From contig NW_026782349.1 in assembly GCF_031769215.1 (NCBI RefSeq), positions 367,634-431,633 on the forward strand: a DNA stretch of 64,000 nt. The letters run 5' to 3'. Numbering within the stretch: the stretch's first letter is position 1; each line of letters begins with the position of its first letter. Position numbers and translations under genes: made by a program. This DNA comes from Ylistrum balloti. Its lineage: Eukaryota. Shown here in pieces: positions 27,340-41,777 of the stretch. Under the pieces are notes generated by a model. The model saw only the letters and a list, made by a program, of their open reading frames with translations, had not been told where the DNA came from and searched no databases.

Positions 27340-27367
27340 TTTTTGTTTTGTTTTGTTTTGTTTTTTG
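27340..27367. repeat. (TTTTG)n microsatellite
   Basis: The sequence reads ttttgttttgttttgttttgttttttg. Confidence 0.85.
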
Positions 27368-30300
27368 TCACCCCTATTGGGGCTCTCAACCTATCGATCC
27401 CAGGGTGCAATAGTCTGCTCTACACATCCACTTCGCTTTCTTGCATATATTGCTGTAAAGAAGCCATGAAAGTCAAGAATATGTCATTGCAATTTATATT
27501 AACTGGTATGATTAATTTAATCCTTGGGAATGTTATTCGATTACAATCTTCAAATATAATTTAGTATACAATTGCAATTGATTTTATGCGATTTGTTTCA
27601 GTCACAAACATCTGGTACTTGTAAAAGTTTATGATGACATGTATTGGTATGTTAGGCCTACTTTTTTTTCCCCCATTCTGCTGATTTTCTTTTTTTTTTT
27701 CATCCACATATAAGCAGCACTGTTATATAAGCTCCATGTCAGACAACCAAGGAAAAAACCTGCAGCTTATAATCTGGAAAATATCGTACATGAAAGTATA
27801 GGATCCATGTATTTATGGGGAAAATGAGTATGATATAGGCTATTTTGACATGCTAACCTAATTTCAGATCTATTATTTATTCTATAATGTACTCAACATA
27901 ATCATTTATACACATATAGTTCTATTTAGTATAAGTTATGAAAGCTTACACTGATTGTCTAAGTTAATATTAGATTGTGAGGTATTGGTCAGGCATTGTC
28001 ATTCCCGAGATCTGATTAGTAATATAATCCCTTCATGAGTGTACATATTCATATACATACACATGCCAGGACATAGAACAGGTATTATCTAACATTTTAG
28101 CTGTTCACGATGATGCTAACTTCTGTAGTTATAGAAATACTTTCCAGGTTTAGCTAACTATCATTTTCAGTTCTTTCTTGTACCTGTATATTTGACCACA
28201 TTTGTATGTGTTGAGGGAATAAGAGTTTTATAATTTATGTCCACTTCACCTATATTTTGACATTCCTGACTTACTAGGGCAGCGTTGATTGATAATTTCC
28301 TTGATGAGAGAGGGATTTTTTTGTCTCGACAAAGGTTAAAAACACAGGAGCTAGTTGGACATTTTTCAATTACAACTGTCTTTTTGTGTGGTTGCAAGAG
28401 CAAGTGATGAACTGTTGTGGAGCAATTTAAAATGGTATAACAGTCAAAACATACGCTTAGAATATGGTGTACATATTAATGTTTTTTCATGTTTTTTTTT
28501 ACACCTGTAAGGTGTAGCTATTCACTATACTGATTATGTTGTGATAGTTAAAGTTATTGTGATGGTTTTATGTCATTTTAATGTTGACATTATGTTTAAA
28601 AAAAAGTACTTTTAGGCCATTTGAAAACAAAAGTAAAAAGTCATTGGAAAATGCAATAAAACACTTCTGGTTTATGGGCCAAAAATGCTAGCTCAAGATA
28701 CCTAGTTGTTTGTTGATTTCTGGTGTCTGACTTGACTTCAGGTTGTAATACGTTTTAATAGTACCTTTATTATTTGTTGGTATTTTTGTAACTGGAGTGT
28801 GAAATCAACATGGAAATAAAGTCTTCTGCTCCAAAATGTTCTGACTATCCACTTTGACCTGCTGATCATGACTTATTGCCTCAACATCACACAGATAGTA
28901 TTGAATGTGGTGGTTCTGCCATACTGGGCTTCTCTGTTTCATTGCCTATGAAATAAAATACATATATAGCTAGTTTTGACTCTAGCTGTAGCTTTGTTGT
29001 CTGTCTTTCTAAATTAAAAGTGTTGATGCTACATTGTTCTATGTGATGGTATGTTTAGGAACCTAATTAGTTTTCTGTACAGAACTTCAGTGACAACTTG
29101 AGGCTGCAGAAGTATGACTGTGATAAGGAGTACAGTCCTAATTAATCAGTAGCTATTGGACAGGTATGATGAATGAGGAATCGGGTTCTGGCATGTTTTT
29201 CACAAATAAGAAATAAAGTCTATAGTATTAAACATAAAGTAATTTGTGTGGGAAGATTTCTCTTCACAGACCAATGCAAAAGTTTTAAACCAAATATATC
29301 AAGGGAGTCAATACAACTAAATTAAGTAAAGGTGACACCCATTTCTATTAAAGTTTATATCATGTTCAGGTCTTAAATACATAGATATGACTAAACACCA
29401 TGAGGTGGTAACACTCGTACAAATAAACAAGGTCATGCTTGGGTATTTCTCAATAGAAATATAGGTTATTGAATGTTGATGATTAACTCTGAAAATATAG
29501 GTTATGTTTGTATTGGTTCAGTAAGAATTTGTAAGATTATCTGTTGTTGACGCAAGTGACCTCAATATTCTAGGCGTAATTTAGCATTTTATACACCCAC
29601 CATGGCTTTTCTGTACAAACACTCAGTACACAGGAGTGTGTATAATATGTAAACATGTCAAGAATTTTTGTCATGATTGCTTCCTATTATTTGAAAACTC
29701 ATGATTTTGGTATATTAGAATTTATGTTATCTCCAATATTTCTGAAATATCATTCTATTTGTATATGGCATAAATAACATTGGTACAGAATATTTACTGC
29801 TGTCACAAAATGAAGCAAGTTCTTGACCTCTTTAGCTTTGAAAGTAGGTTAGTAAGCTAAAGTCAATAACCCAGAAATTGCAGCAGTGCTAGTCATGTAA
29901 ATTCTTTATAGCAAAAACAGTATTGGTTTCAAGATAGTGAAGTAAACATACTTGTGTAGTTTTTTACAATGTTCTAATGTTAGAACACACACGTGCTAGC
30001 AGTTATCTCCTACTGATGTAGGAGTAATCTTATAACTTACATATCACAACTACTAAGACTTAACATCTCCAAGTCATTTAATTACTTTTCGTTGCTGTAG
30101 TATGCCTAGGAGTTGTTGGAAAATCAGAGAGCCTTTCCACTTGTAATCAGAGTAAGGTTTTGTGTTAGTTTTATGAGATATGCCAGACTTATTGCATTTT
30201 AACGGCTGCATTCTTAAGATTCCATAAACTTTATACTGATGCTTTTATTTGCAGAGATTGTGATGTAAATTGGAGAGGGGGAGATTATTTGTTTTATCTA

Positions 30301-31703
30301 TATTCCATCACTTAGAGATAATCTCTATGATAAAGTTAAGTCCATGTATCGTGCTGCAGAGATCAACTCTGTTACTGGAAATAATCTGCAGGTGAACTGT
30401 TTTGAATCTCTCAATGAGACACCAAGGGAATTCTGGATTCTGTTTGATTCAGACAGATTTACCAAATTCTGATAATACATGTACATTGTATATTGCTGAT
30501 CTAAATTCTTTTTATATAAATGTTTTTCTATTTTTGTGTGAAAATGTCCTGCATGTCATTGTATATATGTCCATGTGTATGTTTATGTGTATGTCTAGTG
30601 TCTTGTCAACACTACAGCTGAATAGCTTCAAAAGCAAATGACTCAATTAATATTAACCAATGGAGCAAGCCTAAATTTCCTTATTTTATAATTTACTAAT
30701 TTATAAGATGTTATCTGAAGCTTGCTCTTATTCCTGACATAAACATTTGAACTAATATTATCGTACTTTGATAGTCGAGTCATTTATACACTGCTACCAG
30801 ATTCAATGACCAGGATTGACTCACAGGTAACCTTGTAGCTATTCACTTAAATTTATGGTCAGTTTGATTAACCCAGCCACATTTTACATTATCTGGTACA
30901 CAAGTTCATAATCTCCGACCTTGGTCGACCTTAAGCCAGCAGGCATACACCTCGGTTTAAACTTCTCATACAATGTCTCAAATTTAAAAGTTTGAAATAA
31001 ATGAAGTTAGAAATAGTAACAGAGATTAAACTTAACAGCAGGTCTGAGATCCCAAGCTTTGGTGTAAGAACATTCAATTTAGTTTTGTTTTTATTTTCTG
31101 ATCAGATAATTGCAAAGAGATTCTGTGGTTATGTATGTTCAGAAATATTCTCTCATCATGTGACTTGCTGTAGAACCTTCTTTTATACTGGAAACAAGAC
31201 TCTCAAAACTGTAAATGAAAAATACAGTACATAAGGCATTTTAATTCTTGTTTTTGAATTTTTGGATGATGAAAGCATGTCTGATGTAGCAAAAAAAGGA
31301 TTGTGTAATTTAAGGGTTTATGTCCAAAATAGAATAAGTACCAGTTGTTTGCAGAAATTTGAAAATGTGGATTGTTTGACTTTCTTTCATAAGCTGTTCA
31401 GAAGACGAGTACTGGTGACAGACTGTCATTGCTAAGACAAAGACATCATCTCCATACTGTGGCCTAGGGCATTAGCTATATAATAGACTATGACCTCCAC
31501 TTTAATACACACTATGCTGACCTGGAAACAGGTCTGTCCTGTTTGATGGATCAGGTGATGGAACTTTTTTGGTCATAAATATGTATTTAATCCTTAGTGC
31601 AGGCACAGACATCCCTTATGTATGACATCACGAAGAATTTGGAAAACCTTTTGGCTTGATGTTTCTTATAATTAATAGTGAGAATTCTTTTTTTTTTTTT
31701 TAG

Positions 31704-31833
31704 GTTGGCTTAGCGGAAAAGAAGCCCTATACATGGAATCTTTGACAGAAGAACAAGTGGGACAAGACATTGTTTCATTCTTAAAGAAATTCCTCAAGAA
31801 AAAAGACATTCCTCAACCCAAGAAAGTCATCAG
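31704..31833 (+). CDS. Polyamine oxidase exon 3. The acceptor is tttttttttttttag|, and the phase-2 donor cag|gtaaca is at 31834.
   Basis: It translates to (G)WLSGKEALYMESLTEEQVGQDIVSFLKKFLKKKDIPQPKKVI(R). This is colinear with human SMOX GFICGEEALVMEK…NIPKPRRILR. Confidence 0.85.
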
Positions 31834-31869
31834 GTAACAGCCTCAGGCCTTGGCTTTAGATAAATGCTG

Positions 31870-31896
31870 CACACACACACACACACACACACACAC
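31870..31896. repeat. (CA)n microsatellite in intron 3, 40 bp past the exon 3 donor
   Basis: The sequence reads acacacacacacacacacacacacac. Confidence 0.9.
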
Positions 31897-34800
31897 TGCC
31901 CATGTAGGTCTAAAAATAAAGGTACAAAAAATTTTAATGTGTTCCATGCAATGAGAAACATCAACAAATTCTGAGAAGAAAATAGACTATTTGCTGCTAA
32001 AAAAAGTATTCTATGCTGTCCAGGGATGGTAGTATTGACCCTTTCCCAAATAGCTGCAGTATTGAATAACTTTTATTACTCAAAGTAGTACCATATAATA
32101 GGAGAAATTCAAGAACTATTCAGAGAAACATTCAAATATGAAGACTTTTGTTATCAAATTTACATTATTGTGTTGTAAAATAAACTGTCACACTTGCATA
32201 GTGTGACAACTGATTATGACTAGCTAGAATGATATTGTCACATACATAATTTTTTTTATCATGGTGTGACTATACCAGCTTACAGCAAACTTTTTTTTGA
32301 AACTCATTAATAGGAAATTAATTTTTGAAATTTGTATGCCTTTGACCTCAAAGTAAACATTCAATCCTAAGTACTGACAGGTGTTATTCATTCACTCATC
32401 TACATGCCTGGATTTCAGAGACATGTTTCAGATTTTTGGTTGATTTAAGCAATACTTTAGGGTTTCAGTCAATGAAAATGTTTTATAAGAACTACGTCAC
32501 AAATGAATTTATGTATCATTGGAAGAAAATATATCTTTTTCTCAGAAATGTTTGAATTACTTTAATTTGTTGTTCTGTTATCATAATCAGGTTTTAAGAT
32601 TTCTGTATCATCATATTTCACTACAGTATTTTTATAATCAAGCAATATGAAACATGTGAAGCTGACCCCAGTGTTTGACCTAGAACAGATTAGTGTTGAT
32701 ATCTTGAACTCAGATCTATGATATGTTATAAGGGGGATTGATATATAATGCTGAATGATTAGAGAAGACCCTTACTAGAGGCCTCAAAGTTCAAGTAGGA
32801 CATTCCTATGAGCTGGCCCTGTATTTACTCATACTGCATCAAGCTATGAAAAGTTGAAAGAGTAGTTTGGGTTGGATTTTCCCAACTATCTAACTGGCAC
32901 AGTTACACAGGATAATGGTGAATAATAAAGTGATTCAAACCACTAGCTTCCTGTGTCTGGCCACATTTACAGGAAGAAAGGGTAGGTATAGCATTAGGGT
33001 TCATGCCCACACATGGTTTTCAATAGAACTGTAATACAGATTATGAGTGAGGGGAGGGAGTAAGACCCAGGTGTCTGGTAACAATTTACACTCAGCGTGG
33101 TCCTTCTACAGAATTGTCCTTATAGGCTTGTCTTTAATGGGTTTATATAAAGGAAAAACACTGTGAAAAACATCAAAACAGTTTACAGTAATGGTTATTT
33201 TTTTAAAGAGCTTAGAAATAAAGGTAATTTTTTATCTAGGCTTTGAAACATTTGAAAGGGGATGACCTTATCTATGGTCTGAACATGACGGTGACCTGTT
33301 ATTAAGGAGTGAGTATGACAATCCAGTGAAACGCCACTCCTTTTATAGGTACAGGTGGGTGGTAGATGGTATCCAGGTTATCGATAGAGAAATGTTTACC
33401 CTGGCTTTAGGTCATTTTGATCAGACTTAAGTGTGACTTTAACATTGTGTAAATACCAACAAACATTGAACCAATAAAGGATTCTTGGTTCATGTACGTA
33501 TAGCAAGAAATAGTTTGCTTTTACATCTTGATTTAGATAACTGATGTTGATTAATGTTTAAAGTAAATGTTATATTGATAACTTATAATAGCAGTTGTAA
33601 TTCTTAAGGTGAAGATTAACAGAAAAAAATTTTCGTAACAGATCTTAAGGCCACCAAACTTGTCAGTTAGGATACAATTTACTTGTCAAACTAGAGGTCA
33701 TCCAGTGAATTCTCTGTCTTAATGTAAGATGTCTGATACTTGCGAAGGTAACTGTTTTATATACGTCATATATAAGTATTACGTGCTGGGGATTAGTGTA
33801 GGCGTGGAAACTTTCACAACAGCAGGCGGACAATTGTCATACTGTATTAGATATTTATGTCTAACTTTGTTCAATAATTAGAATTTTTGAACGGGTCATC
33901 ATTTTGTTGGGCTCATGTTTGCAGTTCCCTTTTACAGTCACCACAAAACCATCTAGACAGGGAGCATAATACTATTTTAGAGTGTTTCAGTCACTGAAAA
34001 TGAAAGCAACAATATAGTGTTCTCCAGTGGGATGGCAGTACCACAATCAGGAAGTAGGAAACACTACATACTCTCAAAGGACTGTAATCACAGTTTTTAT
34101 ACACCAGACAAGACAGTCTGCTAATGTACTTTATTCTAGGGAGGGGGAGAAAAAGGGAAGTTTGACATTTTATAAGGATGGGAGAAACCTGAAGTGTTGA
34201 ACAACAGTAACACATATGTTTTTCTGCAACCATTCACCTACTAAACCACATGGTGTTTACAGTTTTAATTTCCACTGGGGTCAACCAAGTGTGGACTGTT
34301 TCCTAGCTGTGTCACTTAATTTATCAATGAAAGCTGAAACGTTGTTATCATTGTACATGGAGTGTCAGAGGTGTTTACTGTTATTCTCACACTGCTAAGT
34401 CACATCTTCAGGTTTTCAAAATATTGGGATCCCTCACCCTCACCACTGATAGGCCTTTGTTATAAGTGTCGAGTACTGGTGAAACATCTACCTGGTATTT
34501 CAGAATGTTCAGTGAGGCATGAAAGGGTCAATATGAGATACATATATAATTGTGTAGTTATAAGAGCATAGAATATTTTCAAGTATCCCAATCAGATCAT
34601 GGCAAGATGACGCAGGTTGTGCAACTTTGTATCACCACATGGATTGTTTACGTCAATAGATAAATCCGCTAAAAAAATATGATTTTGTTTACTATACTGT
34701 CACTAACAACAATATCCAAGTATGGGAGAGAGACTGTACCACAACACAGTATGTATACCTGGATATACACACAACACAACTGTGCATGTAGGCAATGCTG

Positions 34801-36367
34801 CCAGTCACCACAACATATATAGAGACTGCATGGCTGGCTGGCAGGCGGCTGAAGACCTAAATACATTATAATGATGTATTCAGCTCCCAGGCCTAGAGTA
34901 TCTGAAAAGGAGAAATGTGTGCCACTCAGTCTAGCTTTTGGTAATGTCTGCAGTCAACAGCCTGGGTCACTTTTGAAAAATTTGAATCTCTCCCAGCCTG
35001 TTTGAATATTATGGTAGCCATGCTGGCCATGTCCTGTCACCTGTGGGTCAGTGGTCAAGTGTGTGTATCTATAAATAGCTTCAGAATCCTAGTTTCTGAC
35101 TGAGTTTGGGTTGTTGACTAGGAAAGTGTAATGCATGTTGTGTTATTGATTGGGTGGCCTAGATGAGACCTATAAACAAATAAACACTAAGTAAGTCACT
35201 AGGTACAGGTATGGGACAATGAGTGGGAGACTTAGTCATAATGAATTACCCAATGATATATTTCACTAACCTCACCATTCTATGATGTTGGGTTATTGGG
35301 TACAGGAGTCATCTCCAGCATTTTTTATAATCGTATGTACTCTGCCAAGGCTTGAAAATCTGTGGATAGACCCTTTTTAATTTAGTAGATAGAAATGAGA
35401 GTGTAATATAGAGGTGATGAGTCCTGTCCCAGCTGTACTGTTTCTGGGATGATGGGTTAACTTGATAGGAAAGTTCTAACATTCCTGTATCATAAGGGTA
35501 AAGTTAAAAATAGCTGCTCTCCAGGCCATAAGTAAATACAGACTGATGTTCAGTGCTACTGTAAGCATATTTTACTTGAAAACAAGTTTCCTATTGTCTT
35601 GCCTTGGTCCCTGTAAAGTGTGTTGTCCAAGACCTCCCACCACTTGTTGTCAGTAGTGTAAAAGGTTCATGCAGGTTAAGTGGTTTACTTTCCTTGTCAA
35701 ATCCATCATCTCAAAAAATGACTTACTAGCACTCTCATAGCTATCAGATCTTGATGTTTTCCCAGGCCTTTTTTCTGGTCAGAGATTACAGGTACATGTA
35801 CTATCAAATGTTATGAAACAAAAAACTGCATGTGAAATGTTAGCATGTTTGCAGTGATAGTCACTTGATGAGAAAACTCCAGAACACCTTAGACAGCTGC
35901 TCCACCTGTTTACACACTAACAGTTGTATCATACAGATATATGTCTGTGTATATCATATGTAGCTTCTGTTAAAGACACTTTCAGTGAGACATTCCACAG
36001 ACATAATATAAGAAGTTTGATACTTGTATTATGGGATGGAAGCCACAATGTGATATTGGGTTCAATATCAAAGGCCATACCTCCTTTGTGTAGACATTTA
36101 TTATTCATTGAGCACTTACTGTTCTATAATAGGGCAAGAGTTGAGCCTGTACAGCAGAGTGGATACACTGGAAAGGAGGAGAGTTGAACTTGTATTTTGA
36201 AATGTTTAGCATGTATGGTGACTATCGGTTTGTGATAGGGTGACGACAGTTGAACTATCTGTGCCTGTTACACCTGGAGGGCATTTTCCTCCTAGACAGT
36301 AGAACGAAACATTTCGTGTAAAGTGATCATGTATTTAGATAAAGATAATATTACAGTAAATAAAATT

Positions 36368-37240
36368 GGTACATTTATAGCTGTAGGCTCTCACTGTACA
36401 TTTGGTGTTTAGTGGTACAAAGCTGTAGGCTCTCACTGTACATTTGGTGTTTAGTGGTACAAAGCTGTAGACTCTCACTGTACATTTGGTGTTTAGTGGT
36501 ACAAAGCTGTAGACTCTCACTGTACATTTGGTGTTTAGTGGTACAAAGCTGTAGACTCTCACTGTACATTGGATGATTAGTGGTACAAAGCTGTAGACTC
36601 TCACTGTACATTTGGTGTTTAGTGGTACAAAGCTGTAGACTCTCACTGTACATTGGATGATTAGTGGTACAAAGCTGTAGACTCTCACTGTACATTGGAT
36701 GATTAGTGGTACAAAGCTGTAGACTCTCACTGTACATTTGGTGTTTAGTGGTACAAAGCTGTAGACTCTCACTGTACATTTGGTGTTTAGTGGTACAAAG
36801 CTGTAGACTCTCACTGTACATTTGGTGTTTATGGAGGCTCTCACTGTACATTGGATGATTAGTGGTACAAAGCTGTAGACTCTTACATTTGGTGTTTAGT
36901 GGTACAAAGCTGTAGACTCTCACTGTACATTTGGTGTTTAGTGGTACAAAGCTGTAGACTCTCACTGTACATTTGGTGTTTAGTGGTACAAAGCTGTAGA
37001 CTCTCACTGTACATTGGATGATTAGTGGTACAAAGCTGTAGACTCTCACTGTACATTTGGTGTTTAGTGGTACAAAGCTGTAGACTCTCACTGTACATTT
37101 GGTGTTTAGTGGTACAAAGCTGTAGACTCTCACTTTACATCGGATGATTAGTGGTACAAAGCTGTAGACTCTCACTGTACATTGGATGTTTAGTGGTACA
37201 AAGCTGTAGGCTCTCACTGTACACTGGCGATGGGTGTTTA
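36368..37240. repeat. Minisatellite with a 42-bp unit, about 20 copies, in intron 3. It has two monomer types.
   Basis: The unit is agctgtag[g/a]ctctcactgtacatttggtgtttagtggtacaa. The second monomer type carries cattggatgattag in place of catttggtgtttag, and the two types are interspersed. Confidence 0.95.
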
Positions 37241-39664
37241 ACTCTTTTCTCTCTAGCTAGCTTCTGGAGTTTATCCTAGATTTCCACTGAAAATATACCA
37301 AAATGCAATAGAACTAGAAAGCTGCAAAAAAAAATCAAGTCTACTACAACTATGTACAGGGATAAATACAGATAAATATAGATGTACAAACATTTGCATC
37401 GACTAGTAAAAGCAGGTTATTAAGAAATGTGTACATTGTTGATATACATTGGAAACATTCTAGTTCAGTGACATAAGTTCAGGGGGAACAGGTATGTAGA
37501 CCTAATAAGTCATTGATGCAGAACAGTCTGGTTTTCAATTGGTTGTGATTTGGATGATGTAATACACTAGAACACCTGACAATGTTGTCTAACTGTCAAT
37601 CATTACCATGGGCTATTTTCATAAATTCAAACCTTGACAATGAAGAGCTTTATGATAAAGAAAACACCAGTGGAATGGACACTTTGTGCAAAGGCTCTTT
37701 CTGCCTACCATATTTATTCAACGATAAGCCCATGTCTGAGAATGAAAAGCCCATCACTATTCATTGCTGTGAGGTAGAATTACAAACAAATGATATTCCA
37801 TTGTACTGCAGTAAGCCCACCCTCTAAGTAAGAATTTTTGTGTTTGCTAGCCCTAGGGCATACTGGAGTATGATAACAAGTACTTGATAGTATTCAATGT
37901 TCAGTAATGTGAACTCCCCTGCTAGCTACTTCTGCTACTGATCGACCATCTGCTGATCCAAGCTATATTTACAGTTATATAATTAGGGGACATCTTTTTG
38001 ACCTTGAAGCATTCACTCTGTGTAATTTAGTTGCCAAGAGAAATGTGTGTCATGAGTATATACCTTTGTTTATACATGTCTTAATTCTCACATAGGCCTA
38101 CCTTTCATAACCATTCTTGCCATATTTTCACACAAAGGGTCTACCTTTCATGTTTATGTATGTCATAATTCTCGCCTAGGCCTATGTTTGTCTATACATA
38201 TCTTAATTTTCCTATAGGCCTTTTGATATTGCTAAATGGTTGTGATTTTCTGATAACGTTTGATGCTGTTGAGACTTCTCATCTTGTCAGGTGTAGAATT
38301 CCCACCCAAAAGTTATTGTATATTGTACTTCATAAAGTTAATGAACATATGAACTGGAATCCTTCGTCTTGATTTTAAGAGAAATTTCCACTGCCATGGC
38401 ATACAACAGTAAATAATGGGTATATTACTACCTTTACTACCAGTATAGATCTATTATTTGAAATATTTCAAAACATTCAGAAAAGATAGATAAAGAGCCC
38501 CAAAAAGATGGCAGTAATCCAGAAAAAGGGACTGGAATACCAGGTCATCAAAGAGGGACAAAAGAATCCAGTCCCGAAAAAGGGGGCAAAAGATTCTTAG
38601 TCCCAAAGAGAGGGCGAGAGAACAAACATCCTGATTGTTATTGATCAGTAGTGTAGCACAAATCTGTATGTTTGGAAAAATAGTAATTGCTTCTCTGGTT
38701 ATAGTTAGATGAGATGTAGTAAACCTCCCAAAGATTTCAACCTTCTGAAGTGCCATGACGAAGTTAGGTTTGAGAAACTGCTTTTATCAGAACAAGTATG
38801 TATGAATGTAAATGTCAGACATATAGTCAATTGTTGCTTTTGTTCTTTTCTAAATAGATATGCTGCAAGTCTTCAATTATATTGTTGGATCTGACAGTAA
38901 AGGTGTCACTGATAATGGACTTGTTTTATATAGCCAGACAACGATAGCAGGTTGAACCTGTAGAGTTCATACCTGGCCAGCACTCTAGCTGTACAGCTAT
39001 GTATGTAGCCAGCTTACAACTTTCCCATGCACAGAGCATTGAGAAGATAAAACATTTTGATTTACATATTGCCATCAGCTATATATCATCACTGGGGTCA
39101 ATAACTCAGTTGACAGAGCGCAGTAAGATACATATATGGTCCTATAAAAATCCAATATATGGGGTGTTGCACTTAGGACTTCCATGTTGAAGATCTATTG
39201 ATTTAAAGGAAGCAGATTTAAAGTAGAGAGTTTTTGTTTTAATGAGGTATGACAGATTTATTGAAGATCAGCTTCATTCTGGGAGAGCTGCAAAATTGAA
39301 AAATGGTTAATGGCACTTAAAACACTCGCAGCAATATAGAGAAATTGTCTAGTAATTTATTGAGATTTGTGTTGATGAAATGAGGATATGCAACATAGCA
39401 GGGTTTGATGATGGTCAGCAAGTATGGAAGGATTTGAAGTAAAACTAGTTTATTGTTTGGTTTGATCCATGGTCAGTATAAAGTGTACAGTCACACGAGA
39501 ATAGTTTGATGTAATGCTGGTAATGTTTTGTTTGGTTTATAGCAAGTATGGTTGGATGTACAACCAATAAATACGGTATGACTGAAGGCAGGCGTGACTG
39601 AATGTATATAATTTGTGACACTGTTTTTGCGGGGTCAAATTTACTAAGATTTCAAGAATCTTTT

Positions 39665-40165
39665 CTCAACACCCAGATACAGTAGGATCAAATGCTCTTT
39701 AATGATGGAAGCATCATAGCTGTTTTACAAAAATTTGATGACCCCAGGGTCTCACATTTCCCCGTTGGGAGCAGGTAAAGTTTACTTTAATTCATATAGG
39801 AAAAATAGATTTTTGAGTATAATTTGTTTAATTATCATTGGAAATATTTTAAACTTGCTTAGAATTATAAGCAAAAGATGACAGCTTGACAGTATGCCCA
39901 TATTGATGCTGGTTGATACAAAGGGGTTGAAAGGGGTCCCTATACCCAGATATGGTAGTATCAAATGCTCTTCATGGATGGAAGTGCCTTAAGGTGCTGA
40001 CTCTCACTTTTCTTCCTGAAGAGGAGGTTAACTTTACTGTAATTTTTATAGAAAAATTGCGTTTTTGAGCATAGCTTTGTTTATCTCCCACTGGAAATAA
40101 CGTTGTAAGATTTATTAGTATAGGATGGCAGTTTTGATGGTATGCATATATTGACACTGGCTTAT
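39665..40165. repeat. Diverged tandem duplication of two units of about 250-265 bp, in intron 3
   Basis: The segment cacccagatacagtaggatcaaatgctctttaatgatggaagc…catattgatgctgg is followed by a copy at about 75% identity, cccagatatggtagtatcaaatgctcttcatggatggaagtgc…catatattgacactgg. Confidence 0.7.
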
Positions 40166-40622
40166 TATTATCAATGTTACAATTTCTTTTTCATGACACC
40201 CTACTTGAAAGCTGCTTTTCCTTTAACATTTATATTCAATATTGCTTATCTGAGGTGACTATCTAAGACACTAGGCCTCTTGTTAAAAACACAACACAAA
40301 TTGCAGTGATGAAGAATACTTCTATCCATATCTATCATGTGATTGAGTGTTATTAATTTAAAGTACTAATGCAGTTTTTTTGTGTGTTATATTGGTGTGG
40401 CTCATTGGAGTGAAAAATATCTTCAAACTTGTTTCATAAATAGCATATATGAAATGGGAATTGATGGGAGATCCTGTACATAAGAATTTTTCTGAAATAT
40501 CAAAATTTATGGTCCAGTTATATGAAAACAAATCAACAGTCCAGTTGTCTCTGAAGATTATTGTACATTGTATTAACTTGAGCAGGAGAGCTGTGTACTG
40601 AAACTTTCTAATTCTGTTTTAG

Positions 40623-40740
40623 GACCAGGTGGGGAAATAACCGTCACACCAGGGGGTCCTACAGCTTCATCCAAGTGGGAGCCAGTATGAGTGACACTGA
40701 GGTCCTTGCCGAGCCTGTATATGGATCCGCATCAGACAAG
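40623..40740 (+). CDS. Polyamine oxidase exon 4. The acceptor is ttctgttttag|, and the phase-0 donor aag|gtaagc is at 40741.
   Basis: It translates to (R)TRWGNNRHTRGSYSFIQVGASMSDTEVLAEPVYGSASDK. This is colinear with human SMOX [36 protein letters not shown]. Confidence 0.85.
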
Positions 40741-40998
40741 GTAAGCCTTAAGTACAGGTATCTTAGATTTGTTATAAAGATGAGCCTTTTTGCTTGATCA
40801 GGCATCTAAGCTTATTTTTGTGCTTGCGATAATAGTTTCTTAGCAATTTTTAAATCAGAAAAGTTTGAATTTCTGCATCATTCACATCACAATTCTTATA
40901 CCAAAGCTGAAAAATTGTCTTTTCATACAAATTGAAAAAGGTTATGAACCTTTAACAAATGTAACATGGACATGTGATATTTTATATTTTGTCACTGA

Positions 40999-41133
<135 letters not shown>

Positions 41134-41748
41134 GATACTTCATATCCAGTCAATGTTACCAGGGATCAGGGGACCTGTTAAATTTTCTTTTAGCCAAGAA
41201 TGTACTGGAATGGAACATTTTAATGCAAGGAATCTTTGATGACAGATATTGACTTCCATTCTGTGTACTCTGTCCAGTTTCTCATGATTGATATTTGCAA
41301 AGAAGATTGGGGAGTTACATTCATTCTTTGTGTCGTTGGAAATTGAGGATCATGTGATTTATGAAGATATTGCAAACCTGTGCAACTATTTCATGAAAAA
41401 TGACAATCATTCTGTCATTTTTTTTCTGTTCAACTGACAAATGCCAGGCTGACCATCAGTTTGTGATGGGAACATAACTTTGTGCGTATGGAGATATTTG
41501 TATGACGCTAAGATATATGCGACATGTATATTTGAATTGAAAGTGCTATCCTGACTGAGAGGACAGTTTTTGTAGAACTACTTCAATGTGTTTCGTGCAA
41601 AATTGTCTTTTTTCCAAGAGGAGATGAGACCCATGGATTACATTTTGTACGGTAACAGCAGATGTGTGGTTCAGACTTTTGTCACACATAAAGTAGGGTG
41701 CTTGGTTACACATGTGTTCAGCTCAAAGTTGGAAAGGAAGAACTGCCT

Positions 41749-41777
41749 GTATATATATATATATATATATATATATT
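41749..41777. repeat. (TA)n microsatellite in the presumed 3' UTR/flank
   Basis: The sequence reads tatatatatatatatatatatatatat. Confidence 0.9.

Noticed and set aside
36335-37217. ORFs of 169 aa, 280 aa and 71 aa on the minus strand
   Set aside because: They are read-through artefacts of the 42-bp minisatellite (the repeating peptide CTVRVYSFVPLNTK). There is no start or splice context.
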